Shown: one piece after another, positions 35,033-48,607 of the stretch
Layout: each line of letters starts with the position of its first letter
How positions within the stretch are numbered: the first letter of the stretch is position 1
Assembly: GCA_001244265.2 (NCBI GenBank)
Contig: CDLV01000012.1
Span: 310,001 to 374,000 of the forward strand
DNA length: 64,000 nt
Source of the DNA: Microbotryum violaceum
Lineage: Eukaryota
Reading direction: 5' to 3'
The notes under the pieces: model-generated
The model's database searches: none
What the model was told of the DNA's origin: nothing
Seen by the model: the letters and a program-made list of their open reading frames with translations, nothing else
Made by a program: the position numbers and the translations under genes

Positions 35033-37483
35033 ATGGCTACGTTCGCCGACTTGCTCAGCTTCGTTTTCCCCTCGACAAGGTTCATGGTCGACAATACGGC
35101 CGAGCCCGAAGCACCTCCTCCCCTCACACAGCGCGGGCCTGGTGAATACTTCCCGCCGGGACTAGACCTGATCAGTGCCTGCCACGACTCTTCGCTCGTT
35201 GATAGGGTCCTGTCGGATCTGGGACGAGGATTTGACAAGAATGGGAAGCTTGACCTGGCCTTGCCTTGGACAATCGACAGCGCGGTCGTGTGGGGTGGTT
35301 ACGTGATCGACAGCGTGGAGATCGCACTCGGACGACTTTACTTGACGGCAATACGAGAGGTGTCCATGCTCAAGGCGATCGGTCACGAACGTTTAAGCTT
35401 TGATGTGTCAACAGAGAACGAAAAGCACCATCCTCTGTCCGTGGCCAGTTGCGAGTACTATTTGTTCAGAGTGCCACCCGACGACGGCGCGCCGCCTCGG
35501 TCACCCGGCCCTGAGGACGACGAGGTCAGTTTCACTCCGGTGGTCGTACATGGCTACATGGCCAGTGATCTCAAGACGTACTATGACGGTATAAAAAATG
35601 CATCGGCCGTTGAAAGACCAGGACTTGGTGCACACCTACTCGACATTCGCATCGTCAACGCCACAGGCGAACTGGTCAGACTGGAAGGGGCCAGGGCCAT
35701 TGCCGCCAAGGTGGGGCTCACATTCATGGGCGAAGCCGCCCGGTTGCGTTGCAGTCGGTGGGTGCTCTCATTTCTGATCATCTCACCCTTTGCATCCCAG
35801 ATTGCCTTGCATGCCACCGAGCGCGGCGATCGTCGGTTTGCAATCATCTTGGCTTTGCCGTACTTTGTCGTCATCGAACTGGGTTGGTATAATTCCTCCG
35901 AGCTTTCGCTGGCCAGGCCAAACTCGCTGGCGTCTTTGCTTCGCTTACCCTACTACCTCTCGTAGTCTTTATCGATGGAAAACGGCACCTACTGATCAGT
36001 GACCTGTGCTCGGCAGTCGTCGAGCCCGAGCATTCGACTGCCAAGTCTAGATCGCTCATGGGCGTCCTACTCGGTACCCTCATGAATGACTTTGACGACT
36101 ACCGTGTGGAAGGTCACTCGTCGGAGGTGGAACAGCGGATCCGTGATCATGTGAAGCATCTTGATGCATTGAATGTGGTGAATGAGGTCCAATCCACCGA
36201 CGATGTCTCGCCTCGCGATTCGATGCTCAACAATTCGCCTCCCGCCCAGACCAGTACTGCCCCGAGCGACGAAGCCGCTGAATCAACCTCGATCCGTCGA
36301 CCGGACGACACGTCCGACTCTTCAGAGGATTTAAAAGCCTTTGTCAACCAAGGTAATCAGACTGTGATGGCTCGCCATTTTCCAAAGCAGGCGGTAAGCA
36401 AGGTCGACATCTCCTCTGTGCGCAGCCTCGAAACTGATCTGCTCACGAACATCTGCTCGGTCGTGACGGAGAACAGATTGTGTGCGATGTCAAAGAATTG
36501 CCCGACTCTCGAATGGTAGCGATACCCATCGAACTCGAAATGGACACCGCACCCGCGCTTTCACCCCAGCAGCCACCGGCCAAAAAGATTCGTCTCGACT
36601 CGGATGCGCACCGGCCGAAGCTCACTGAAGCTCTATCCCTTGCGATACAGGAGTTGTTCTCCCCCGACGCATTCTTCAGCAAGGCGGAAGGCACATTTTC
36701 CTCACCGCTCGCCTCGACGCTTACCTCGCGACTGAATCAGGTCCGTCGAGTCGGCCGCGGAGCGAGTAGCTCGGTTTGGCAGGCCGAATGGTTGCATCAC
36801 AGCGCGGGCAGTGCATGTCCGAGTGCGAGCGCTTCCACTAGGGAAAGGTCTTTCACTACGAGCGCCAGCTCCTCAATGCCTATCGCCATCGTCCGAGACA
36901 ACACCCAACACGTCTCCACAATTGCCCCTTGATGTTATGAGCACACCTTACCCGCCGCCCGCCCCATATTTGCCGTTGGCGATGAGTGGTCGTTTTGGTC
37001 CTTCCTCGAAAGGCGTCGGACGAGGTAGGCTCGCGGCCAAAGTAGTTTGGGAAGAGTATTCCCCTTCGATCGCGCGGGAGTACTTTGTCTACACCTCAAT
37101 CGTTCCTCTACTTTCTTCCCAGGCGCAGGAGTATTTCTCCGCTTTCCATGGTTTGTACCGGAGTGGGAACGAGGGACAGGCCTACATCCTCGTGATGGAG
37201 GATGCAGGGTCGCCGATCACCCACAAGCAATTGGAAGCGGATGCTGAGTTGAAGGCGAAGGTCGAGTGAGTTCGGACCGTGTGTGGACGTGTCGCAATCC
37301 GTGTCGCGACTCGACGGAGCGGATCTGTCGATGCTGACTCGACGTTCCTGTGCGTACAGTTTCGCACTGAACCTCATTGCTGACGAGGGTCTCCATCACA
37401 ATGATGAGGGAGCGCGAAATGTCTTGCTTCGGCCCGACGGTCGGATTTGCCTCATTGATTGGGGCGAGGCACAGGTGAGGTGA
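35033..37483 (+). CDS. Uncharacterised protein with a C-terminal protein kinase-like domain, multi-exon
   Basis: Gly-loop VGRGASSSV, LAAKVV, REY, LVMEDAG, HHNDEGARNVL and LIDWG. Plausible introns at ~35711-35800, 36392-36476, 36811-36868 and 37266-37359. Confidence 0.7.
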
Positions 37484-38200
37484 CTGCGGTGTCTCGGGAC
37501 TCTATCTGTACTGCGTTTGTGTCGTAATTACAAAGCGCACTGTTCCATCATCGTGAAAAGAAGAGAGCAACAATTTGGGGCCGCTCACTGCACATCCGGG
37601 TGTCATCATCCCCTCGACACCGCCGGGCTCACCACTTGATCAACCCCATAGCTATCGAGGATGTGCGTGTCATGCGAGTCATTTCTGGTATGCGCGTCAA
37701 ACCTCGCTTGCTCGTGAGCTATCCCCTCCGCTCTCGTGACGTCGAGGCGTCTGGGTCACGGTAGCCCAGTGGCGCTTGCACGTGTCGACGAGGACGATGC
37801 AGCATCGACGTCACAATATCTGCACCTATGCTGATACGTACACACCCTCTCACGTTGATGGGGACTCGGCGACTTTCCGTAGCGTCCCAGCTTCAAGAGG
37901 CAGCTTCTACTACAAGTGTTCTTCTTCGTCTGGGGTCTTGAGAATCTTTCGCGCGGATTTGTCTTTTAGGCGCCGCCCCACTTCTAGATCTTCATTTGCG
38001 TCCTGCTAGCAACAAAACAACTTCCCTTCAACTTATAAAAGCGATTCTGACATCAGAACAGTCTTCCTTTAGCTCAACCTGGGAGACTCAGTGTTTGTTT
38101 ATCAGGTTAGTCGGTCTGAAAGTTGCGCTGCCAGTCGCCCCGCCAGCGCCCTTCCCCTCCTCTTCTCCGCACCTCAAAGCAAACCCCATTGGAAAGCATC

Positions 38201-38927
38201 ATGGCCCGGTCCCCGAAATCATACGACCCTTCCGAACCGCGGGATCCGAAGAAGGCTCTTCCGTATACCTATCCGTATTCGGATAACATCGTTGCCGGTG
38301 AGTTTGGAACCTGGTTGTGGGATCACAGGGGAAGGCAGGAGGGAAGGAGGGAAGGAGAGGTTCCCCACATAGCCCGTCAGACGTCAGTTGCTGCTCGTTT
38401 GGGTGGTTGAGAGCGGCTTGGAGGAAAGAGATATCGTCCCAGGGCTGAAGAAGCGTCTCTCACTCCCGTCAAAGACTAAGCTCACACCCTTACATCTCTC
38501 CCACCCCCCCTCCACCGCACCAGACACCCTCGCGATCGTCGCAGCCATGTTCGCCTCCTTGGCCGTGATCACCCGTTACCCCGTCTACATCTACTTTGGC
38601 TTTTTGTTCTCAATCTCGGCCATCAACACGGGCAAGAAGCTGGACAAGAGCAGGAGAGCGACGAGCGTTTCAGGTCCGTCTTAGGCTCTCAAGGTCTTGC
38701 GGCTCTCCGGGCTTCATCTGCTCACTCCCTCGCTCGTCCTGTGGTTCATAACAGGTTGGAGCGGTCTTCTCTTCGCCCTCACTGCTTTTTTATCCGTATA
38801 CTATCCTCTTGTCTCCGGAGTAGCCGTGAAAGCGCCGTACGATTTCTGGTCCAAACCTTTCCCGCTCGGATTGGGTGCAGGCACGATCCCGGCGCCGAGG
38901 TTAGCTCAAGTCGTGGAAGGGATCTAA
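38201..38927 (+). CDS. Small 3-TM membrane protein resembling PAT-complex subunit Asterix/PAT10 (UPF0139)
   Basis: Spliced product MARSPKSYDPSEPRDPKKALPYTYP..DTLAIVAAMFASLAVITRYPVYIYFGFLFSISAIN..GWSGLLFALTAFLSVYYP. Size, the P.DP....Y..P N-terminus and the TM spacing match Asterix. Confidence 0.65.
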
Positions 38928-39031
38928 GTCGGGAATAGTCTGTGTGTCATTGTTGTGCAATTAATAGTATCATATCTACATCAAGTTCCTCGGGAGAAAA
39001 ACACATTTCGAAACTTCGCCACCCCACCCAC

Positions 39032-40763
39032 TCAATCGAATGGGATTCTCCTCAACTTGCCCCCACTACCTTCCTCCTTCCTCCTGATCGCCTCGGCAGC
39101 CGCAAAGGCCGAAGGGATCGCGATCCCACAACAATCGCCAAAACCCTCACCTCTCACATGCACATGTCCGTGCGCATCCAAATGAACGCCTTCCTCCCCC
39201 TCCCCATTCCCTTCCAACTCTTCCCCATCCGGTGGTAATGGGAAGGTGAGAAGCGTGCCGAATAAAAAGTGTTGCGCGACGGGTAACTTGGCTAGTACTT
39301 CGGCCGTATACATTTTGAGCATGCCGGAATTGACTTTGGCCCAGGTTTTAACACCGGAAATGTCGTCCAGCATCGGGGAGTGCCAACGAAGAGAGGCCGT
39401 TTTGATCTAGTTTTTTTGGACGAGAGGTTGGCTCAGTAAAAATGAGAAGGTTGGTCAAGGGAGGGGGAAATGAGTCTTTCTTACCGAGTTGATGTACCGA
39501 ATGTAGGAAAAGTACATATAATCCTTGGCGAACTCGTCCAAAATTTCGGGATCATGAATCGCCTTGGGTCGTAAATGCTTATGATTGCGCAACTGTGCCG
39601 AGCCGAAAACTGTAGCACACAGGCAAGACAAACAGAGTTCAATCAAGTCGAGGAATCTATGTTTCGCAGAGTGTACTTTGTGGGACCTACTGAAGACGGC
39701 AAAGTGATAATCGTCCAAACCTTGAGCACCGTGCGACCCGGCGGGTTCGAGCCAATATTCAGTTTGCAGGAGACGCGCGACCGTCATGTACCTGAGATGG
39801 TGGAGGCTGTCAGACGTTCCCAAGACTTTTGCAGCTCTAGTGCGGACAGGGAGAGGGAGGCCCACCTCCAAAAGAGCTTGATCACGACCGCTCGATCGTC
39901 GTCGGGGGTCAAGATTTTCAATTGGTCCAAACACAGCCTGCTCGGGCAACCCATACGCACGATGGGTTAGCCTTGATGACCAGGCGATGGTAGGAAACGT
40001 TTCATGGTCTTGTGTACTCACAACCAGCAAATGAAATTCAACTCCATACCGGACCCATAGTCGACGCGGGTGCGATTTCCCCAGCTTTCGGTGAAATAGC
40101 CGCTCAGCTCGGTCACGTGCTCGGTTGGGAGATTTGGGATCGACCGATGCAGTTCAGCAGATTGCTGTGAGGTTGTGGATCGATGGGGCGTTGCAAGCCG
40201 TGTGGGGTCGAGAAAAAAATGACAGGACATTGTCTGGATCAGGATTCGGTGGATAGCCCGGGTGCATCGAGTCAGGGAAGCGAGGAGGGAAGACCGACCT
40301 CGACGACTTTGTCGTAAAAGGTCCTGAATGCCGGATTGCCGAACCTGCTCTTGCCGTTATCGATTGGTGGAGTCTCCTCGACGATGTTTTCGATCCGTTG
40401 CAAGACGCTCAACAGAGCATCGACGGCCTGCAGATGAAAAGAGGACGTCCGAAAGTTGAGATCGCCCCCACACGCAGATGAGTCAGCTCCGAGCACCTAG
40501 CTAAGAGGTTATAGCTCGGCAGAATGAGTACTTGCGGGTGAGCACTGGACTGTATCGGTCAGTTTTACGTCTACTACAGCCTCGTTGAGCCGTTGGATGT
40601 AGTCGATCACGTGCTGGTGCGTCGGCGAGTCGAGGAAGCGCTGCAGATGGGCGCGCGAAATGATTCGTTTTGCAGGGGAGGAGGAGGGCGAGGGAGGAGA
40701 CTGAGAGTGGGGGCCAGCAGTGGTAGGCATGTGTTCGGGTAGTAGTGTGGTAATGGAAGCCAT
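39032..40763 (-). CDS. RRD2: PP2A phosphatase activator (PTPA, Rrd2-like), multi-exon
   Basis: [46 protein letters not shown] and [36 protein letters not shown]. Confidence 0.95.
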
Positions 40764-40990
40764 AGTTGAAGCTGCGACGCGGGCAAAGGAAGGGAAAGAG
40801 GACCCGCGCGGTGATCCGTGCCCGGGTAATACAAATTGCGCATCACTAATGCGGCCGACAATGTAACACTTGCCGCATTACAACTCGTGATTGAACCTCG
40901 CGCATCGCTCTCCACTTGACGCCGACGACAGCACCACTTCGGACTCGGACTCGAACTCGGACTCGGACTCGGCGTCGCAACTCGGCCCCG

Positions 40991-43900
40991 ATGCCACCTC
41001 CGACACTCGTACTACCCGAGTCCGACGCCCAACCCCCACCACCACAACATGCTGGCCATCCTACCGGTCCTTTGCCCGACCTGCCACACGAGCTGTTGAT
41101 CGCTTTGGGCCAGGCGATCGACCGTGACGCGCTCGACTCGTTCGTGCTCAGTAGCAGTAGCAGTACCAGTAGCAGCAGTCGGTCAGCCGCATCCGGCACA
41201 GCCACCAACAGTGGTGGAGGACCATTGCGTGTCGAAGAAGTGCTCAACGAGCTGATCCCAGATGGTCAGTCACGCGTGCTCGTTCAGAACAGAGCCCGCG
41301 TCCTGACCTCGACCTCCTTGGCGACCTAGAACAAGCGATCGCTCAAACACCGCTCGTGTCGCTGCTCCTGCGAGCCAAGATACAAGACCTGCGCATCGAG
41401 ATACAGGGCTTGACCCTCCTGCTCGAACAAGATCAATCACCGCACAACATGACCCTCATACAGGAACTCATAGGCGTTGAGTCCGCCGGCACTTGGGCAA
41501 ATTTCTTCCCTTCCCCCACCCACTCACTCTGCCGCTCGCCCCCACAGGAACTGCTCAGTCAGGTCACCGCCATCAGGAACGCCGCAACCGAGAGCGAGAT
41601 GGTCGTCAGGGAGATCACCAGGGATATCCAATCGCTCGACTTGGCCAAACGCAACCTCGTCGCTTCCATCACCGCTCTCAAGCGATTCCAGATGCTAGGT
41701 CCGTTCGAGCAACGCGTGCATAGATCAACCCGCCCGTGGAAAACTGATCTTTTCCGGTCAAACTCCGAGACAGTCAGCGCATTCGATCAACTCAATCGAC
41801 TGGCCAAATCGAGACGGTATAGAGAGACCGCACAGGCCTTGGGCGCGGTCAAGCAGCTGTCGTCCTACTTCAAGACCTACGGCTCGGTCGATCGAGTCGC
41901 CGCCGTCAGTCGGGGCGTCGTCGATGTGCAAGGCGTACTGAGAACGCAGGTGATGAGGGACTTTGAAGAAGCGTGAGTGCCATGTTATCAGATCACGTTA
42001 AAAAACATACTCACATGATTTGGAACGCCAATTTTCACAGATTCGCGAGCGAGGCATCGAGGGTCGGCAAGAATGGCCAACTCGCCGATGCGTGTCTCGT
42101 CATCGATGCGCTGGGGGAAGAAGCCAAGTAGGTCCTGCCTTTTTCAGCCCGTTTTCCGAGAAATTATTGATCCGATGTGCATTCTCCCAAACAGGAACGG
42201 CCTGTTCAGTTGGTACACTGTCCTCCTCCTGCGCGACTACCGCAAGGTCTTTGGATCCAACTCTGAAGCCGGCCAACTCGACAACATCTCGAGGAGGTTT
42301 GCATGGTTCAGGAGGATACTCAAGACCCACGAGGACGAGAATGGGACCATCTTCCCTTCCGTCTGGAGTGTCGGGGCCGTTTTGGCCGGGGGATTCAGCG
42401 AAGTGACAAGGTGCGCTCGAATCTGTTCCTGTGACGGGTGTCAGCCGACTGCAGCTGATTGGCGCGATCGATTCGATCGCCCACAGAGACGACCTCAAGA
42501 GCGTCCTCCAGAAAGCCGCCCCAGGTCTCCAAGTTGGCCTCTTGCTCGAAGCCTTGGGACAAACGGTCGAGTTCGAGCGCGAACTGTCGCGCAAATTCAC
42601 GCTCCCCTTCGACTACATCGCCTCGCTCTCGGCCGTACGGTCGGGTCGATCAGGCCCCACGGCACCCATCTCGGCCGTATTCGAACCTTACCTTGGCATC
42701 TTTGTCGACGCCCAGGACAAAACCCTGTCGGATATGATGGGCGCCTTCACCTCGTCCCGCGTGTCCATCTCGCCCTCTGACAACCCGTCCGCAGTGTTGC
42801 CCTCTTCGACCGAGCTATTCTACTTCTACCGAGAGGCATTGGAGCGGTGCGCCAAGTTGAGCGTCAAGCAACCCTTGTTGGATTTGTGCAAGGTCTATCG
42901 CAAGTGGCTCAAGGTGTATGCCGAGGACGTATTGGCAGGGGCTCTGGTTAAGTGAGTGGAGTGCATCCGGAGACGACTCGCACAGTCCATGGGGGGAGGC
43001 TGACGACTAGTCTTCCTCCCTTTCTTCACCTCACAGAACCGATCGAAGATCAGTAGAAGGGCGAGGTCCCTCCTTGCACGAGCTCCAAACTGCCTGTCTG
43101 GTCCTCAACACCGCCGAATACTGTCTCGAAACCGCAACCCAACTCGAAGAACGCCTCATCGAAAAGATCGACGCTGATCTCAAAGCCCAAGTCAGCCTCG
43201 AACGAGAGAAGGACCTCTTCGTCCAAACTACCTCTGCGAGTTTGTTGGCTATTCTGAAAGAGTTGGAAATGAGTTTGGAGGGACCGTTCAATTTGATGTT
43301 GAGGAGTCCTTGGAGGGATGTCGAGTATGTTTCGAATGAGAGTCCGTACGTCGCGGATCTGGTCAGGTGCGTCGAGACGGTCGTTACTGTCGTAAGGGAT
43401 GGGGTCGAGCAGAAGAAATATGTCAGGAGCGTGTGCGATAAGATTGTTGGGTGAGTCGCTTGAAGGCTGTGGTTGGGTTTGGAGGATCACATCGCTGATT
43501 ACGGGTGCTGCTCGTGTGCAGACTCGTGTTGGCCAAGTTTACGCAGACGATCGTCCGGTGTCGACCGATTGCTCAGATTGGGGCAGAGCAGGTGCGTTCA
43601 GGTTTCGATCACGGTGGGAACGATTCGAGTTGGTAACTGACCCTCCCGTGACTCCGATTCAGATCCTGCTGGATCTTCAATCCCTCAAGACGTGCTTGCT
43701 CCATTTGGTCCTCCCTCCTGGCGATACCTCAGCCGTGCCCATGTCGTACGTACGATCACGGGCGTACGAATAGGGCTCAACACTCACCACCTCTTCTTAC
43801 GATCTCAGATATTCACGCTACGTCTCTCGAAGTGTCACCAAGATCGACACGTTGCTCAAAGTCATCATGACGCCCGAAGAGCCCACCGAAGAATTCGTCA

Positions 43901-44535
43901 AGAATTACCTCGTGTTGGTGCCATGCCAATCGTTTAGCGATTTCCAAAAAGTCTTGGACCTCAAGGTGACTGCACAAGTCAGGATGATTTAGCGTACAGT
44001 ACCTGGCGCTGATCGCTTAATGTTTTGGTGGACTACTCAGGGAGTTCGTCGAGCTGAACAAAACAACCTGCTCGACATCTTCCTCGCTCGAACTTCCACC
44101 GCAACGGGTTTGGACGATACGTCCTTCCTCACCTCGCTCGATATGGACCCGAACGCGACGTTGCAATCTCCTTCTGGGTCGGGAGTTAGTTCGCCTTTAC
44201 TCGGTTCGTCGAATACGAACTCGAATGCTCTAGGTGGAAGTATGGGCGGAGGAGGTGGCTTCCTCGGCCTGGGAGCCAGTACTTTAGGCGGCTCCGGAGG
44301 CGGCTCAGGAGGAAGTCGAGAAGGTAGTCGAACGTCGACGCCCATCGGTGGGTTCGGACGAGCCGGATCCTTAAGCGGACCTAGTGGTGGTGGACAAGGT
44401 CAGTCCGGTCCGGGTGGGGGTAGTGAGGGTGGGCATGGACATGGTGGGAAGGAGGCATTGGCGGAGTTTAAGAAGTTTGGGCAGAGGATCGGCATGGCGT
44501 CGAGGTTGTTTAGCGGGAGGGAAGGGGCGCATTAG
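40991..44535 (+). CDS. VPS53: GARP/EARP complex subunit Vps53, multi-exon
   Basis: ESEMVVREITRDIQSLDLAKRNL, EAGQLDNISRRFAWF, PSSTELFYFY, LNTAEYC, QIGAEQILLD and FQKVLDLKG. Confidence 0.95.
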
Positions 44536-44713
44536 ACTGGAGTTGGTTCATGGAGGTTCGGCTATCGTTTTTTGTCCGTGCCGGTGTTTAGATGTATTCG
44601 TCTACTTGCAATGACCGAGGGTTGAGGACACGGATCTACACGAACATGAAACTGGCGGGGGCGGGTCTAGGTACTTGGGTTCAAGCCGCTAACAGATGAA
44701 CACGCCGCCGCAT

Positions 44714-46443
44714 CTATAACTTTGCCTTACCAAAAAAATAACTCTCGACCTCATCCCCTGGAGCTACCTTATAAAGCCTTTCCAAATGACGTACGATCGC
44801 CTCCGCAGTATCCTTCGGACGTTCCTGAACGAGCAAATGACCCGCACCTTCGAAAATCTCGTGTGTCGCCCACGGGATGAGGTTCAGGAGGTTCGTAAGC
44901 GCCGAATCCAGTGGAAAGATCGAATCCTCGGCGAAGATGAGATGGATAGGAAGGGTTGGAGGTATTTGAGGGAGGCGAAGGGTGGCACGGCAGACGGTTA
45001 GGCCTTGGACGTCGCAGAAGACCAACTGGTGAGGGTGGGTCAGAGACAGCGTGAGCACGTGAACGTCCTTCCGAGAGAGGGAGGTGAGGAGTTCAGAACG
45101 TACCGCTTCATCCTGGGCCCGACATTTCAAACCCACACCTCCCTCGGGAAGGTGTTTGCTCCCAGACTCGACATACATCTCCAAACACCTCTCATCCCAC
45201 TTTCTAAAGAATTCCCTCTTCAACAACCCCTCCTTCATCCCCCTCTTGGAAATCCATGTTTCTCTCCTCCCCAGAGCCCCCTTCGTCAAGCCTTCGCAGG
45301 AACAAATCGCTCCTGGCGGAGGAAGGATGGGTTCACACAAGATGAGAGAGGAGAACAAGGAGGGCTGCGCCGTTGCTGCGTAGGCCATTCCTGCTCCACC
45401 TAGGGAGTGACCGATCCCGACTATGAGCCGGTTACGGAAGATTCGGTGGGAGGGGAGGGGATGGCCCGGGATCGGCGCGATGGTATCGAGGGCTTGGAGA
45501 AGGGTCGTTTCGGGTGTGTGGATGAAAGGGAGGTGCGGTGGGGACAAACTGGGTGATAAGGCGTCGGGTAGATACGAGATGAGAAAGTTGGCAATGTCGC
45601 GGCCGTGGTCGGACCAATCGACTGGAGAAGGGAATACACTGAGCATCTGTTCGATGGGCGTATGTGAATCTCGCATACATACATGTTTTGCCGAGTCTTC
45701 CTTGGTTCAAAACGGCCGAATCTCCTTGATTGAAGGCGTCCAAACACCACACTTCGCCGATCGGCGTCCCCGAGTCCCACGCATCGAGCACGTCCGAAAT
45801 AGCCGGTTCCCACGTTTCTGCTCATTGACGACCTGAATGAGTGACACATCGGCTGCCAGAGACAAGGTTTCAATCGCTCACCTTTGTGCAATCCATTGGG
45901 GTGAGCGAAAACCAGCGTCAAGAGAGGCTTATCCTTGGAGGGTCTAACGGCCGTGTTGACATAGCGATTCACAGCGATGAACAATTGCGCTTGATTGCGA
46001 AGCTCTTGTTCATCGTCGACCGAAACTTTGCCTTGTTTCAAAGCTTCGAGCTGATCGGCACAAATCTGTATATACGCCTCTTCGATGCTGAGTCGAGCCT
46101 TGGGCGGTTCAGTTCGGCCTTTGGTCGGCTCGGTCGAGTTCGTCGGGGGATCCTGATTCAGCGCGTTCGGGCTCGACGCCGGCGACGTAATAAGCGTAGC
46201 AGCGCTGTTCTTGAACGACCTGGGAAAAGCAGCCGAGACTACAAATGTGTCGACTCTCCAAGCTGTGTGCTTATCACCACCGAACGGGTAGCGCCTCGAC
46301 GAGCCACGCAGTGCCACGTCGCGTGAGATGCCAGTTGGATAGGAGGCTTTGGGAGCTAGTAAGGGGACGAGAGGTCCTTCCGGCGCTAATGAGCGGGCTT
46401 GGGCTTCGATTGAGATGAGGCGTTCGCCGGGAGTGGGCGACAT
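44714..46443 (-). CDS. Alpha/beta hydrolase (Abhydrolase_6, Lpx1-like), multi-exon
   Basis: FAHPNGLHK(E), DAFNQGDS, nucleophile elbow GIGHSLGG and catalytic His in GAGHLLVQE. Ends in AKL, a PTS1-like tripeptide. Confidence 0.88.
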
Positions 46444-47114
46444 GGGTGCGTGGACACTGGCCAGCTTGGTAGATGGAGAGGAAGAGATAAGGAATCGATG
46501 GGCTCGATCAACTTTGAACTCATGCCCGCCGCAGAAATATTGGCCCCCACCTCAAATCTTCTAAAATCGATCGGCGTTTAGAAGTCCCCGTCGGACCGGG
46601 TTCAAATCGCCGCAAAATGTCAGCGCTGTGACGTCATTTGGAGCAGTTAGACCGCGATGGCTTGAGGAACGATGGGGGCAGCGCGGCTAAAGCGAATTTA
46701 GGGGTGCGTTGTTTCAGAGTCGCCCATTGCGGATCACGATTCAGGCCGCGACGTCGGCCTCGGCTGAGCACAGGGCGCCGAGGGCGGGTGGGCGCGGACC
46801 GGTGTGGTACCCGAGCCCGGTTCGATTAAGCGTCGAATTGTCGGGCGCGCCTTGCTTGGCCTGGGACAGACGCGAGCGGTCAACCTTCCCTCCGGACCAA
46901 CACATGCACCAACAACCGGACACAACCTACGAGTCCACGGCACTACCCGATACTACATACATACTTGTAGTTCATCAAAAGTCAACGCCCGCACCTGATC
47001 TCGAATCGCGACACTCCGTCGGACGACTCTTTTTGGACGTTGACGTCGGTCGGCCATTGCACAACCAGTCGCCGTCCTTGCAGTCCGTTCACACATTGAG
47101 GAAAGACGAAGACA

Positions 47115-47994
47115 ATGCTGTTGTCTTCCACAATCCGTGCCTTGGCCTTGACTCTGTTTCTGCCATATACCTTGGCTCAAATCTCCAATCTCATCGTAAG
47201 TATCACCTGCTGCTCCTCGACCGTCGCGGAGAGGTATATGCGGCCACGGCGACCGGCGTCCGACGAGGGCCATTGTGCGCTTGCCTGGACGCCGGGCGCG
47301 GGCTAGCGCGCTAGCGGCCACGGCGAACGAAAGCCGTCGTCGAGGTCACGAGCGCAGGCCAGTTGCTAGCTAGCGCGCCATGATTGCACTGCTGCGCGTT
47401 GGTTGTAGGCCGTAGCCGACCCACAGTGCTCAGCGGCAGAATGCAATGGTCCGAGTCTCAAGTTGACGAACTGATCGACCCCCAATTCCGCGCTCGCAGT
47501 ACACTTACGAGGGTCAATCCGCGCCGGCGAGCGTGCTCCAGGCGATTTCGTCGGCCGGCGCTCCCGCATTGTCGATCCTCAACAGCCAGGGTGTCGACAC
47601 GGCAACAGGACTCGTAGCTGCCTTCCCGACAACGGCAACAGTACTTGATACCGTAACCGCTCCTGCTGAGACAGGAGCACCGATATTTTCGAGTGGCTCT
47701 CCGTGAGTACATAGATCATTGGCCAGTGGATCGCGGTTCGGCCAAGTGCTCACCGCGAAGACCCTTTCTTCCGCGATGCGCAGTGGCTTGAACACAGCAA
47801 CCGTCCCACGATCACCCTACGTCGCAACTGGCACAATCAATCTCTCCTTGCCCACAACATCGGCTGCTGCGAGTGCGACTTCAAAATCTTCGGCTGGACG
47901 AGTCTCACCGCCGAGTGGATTCACGTTCGGCTTCTCGGCAGGCGTCCTGACCACCGTCGTAGGGATGTTTCTCGGCCTCGCCGTCGCTCTGTGA
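47115..47994 (+). CDS. Small secreted, probably GPI-anchored Ser/Thr-rich protein, multi-exon
   Basis: Signal peptide MLLSSTIRALALTLFLPYTLAQ, GT-AG introns, a Ser/Thr stretch, then SSAG and a hydrophobic C-terminus. Confidence 0.65.
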
Positions 47995-48607
47995 TCCCGA
48001 TTTTGATGTTCGCATGGACATTACTTCCTTCGACATCCTGTCGAGTTATCACCTACGATTTTTGCTCGTTTCGATTCTCTTGTTTGTATGACCATTAATA
48101 ATTAGGCATCTGCGGAGGAAATGGCAGTCATTGCTTCGAGTCAACCCGCCGCAGGAATGGGCCACATACATGCGAGCATGGTCCAATTGCTCGTAAGCAA
48201 ACATTGCATGACACCGATTCCGACTCGGGCGAACCAAGATAATCGGTGCCGCCCGCTCCGGGAGCTCCGAATGACAGGAGGTTTGACGTTTCTCGAAAGG
48301 AAAACGAGTTGGGAATATCCTGGCGCAAGCCTTTGAACCTGGAAGTGAAAGAAAGATGCCGTGTTATGCTGTGCAGTTTTTTTTTTTCCGCGTGCCTCCA
48401 ACTGCGTCGCTAGTCCTTTGCTGCCGTCGACTGGTCCGCCGACGCGTACGCTCTGGACGCGATAGTCCTCGCTTTGCCTCATGCCTTTCTCCGATTCCGT
48501 TCTATCTTGACTATCCGCGTCCCAATGACCGAACTTTAAAGCAACAACCATGATCGTAGCCGACATCAACGACCTAGTCCTCCGATGTACAACGTTTTCA
48601 TTCAGTT

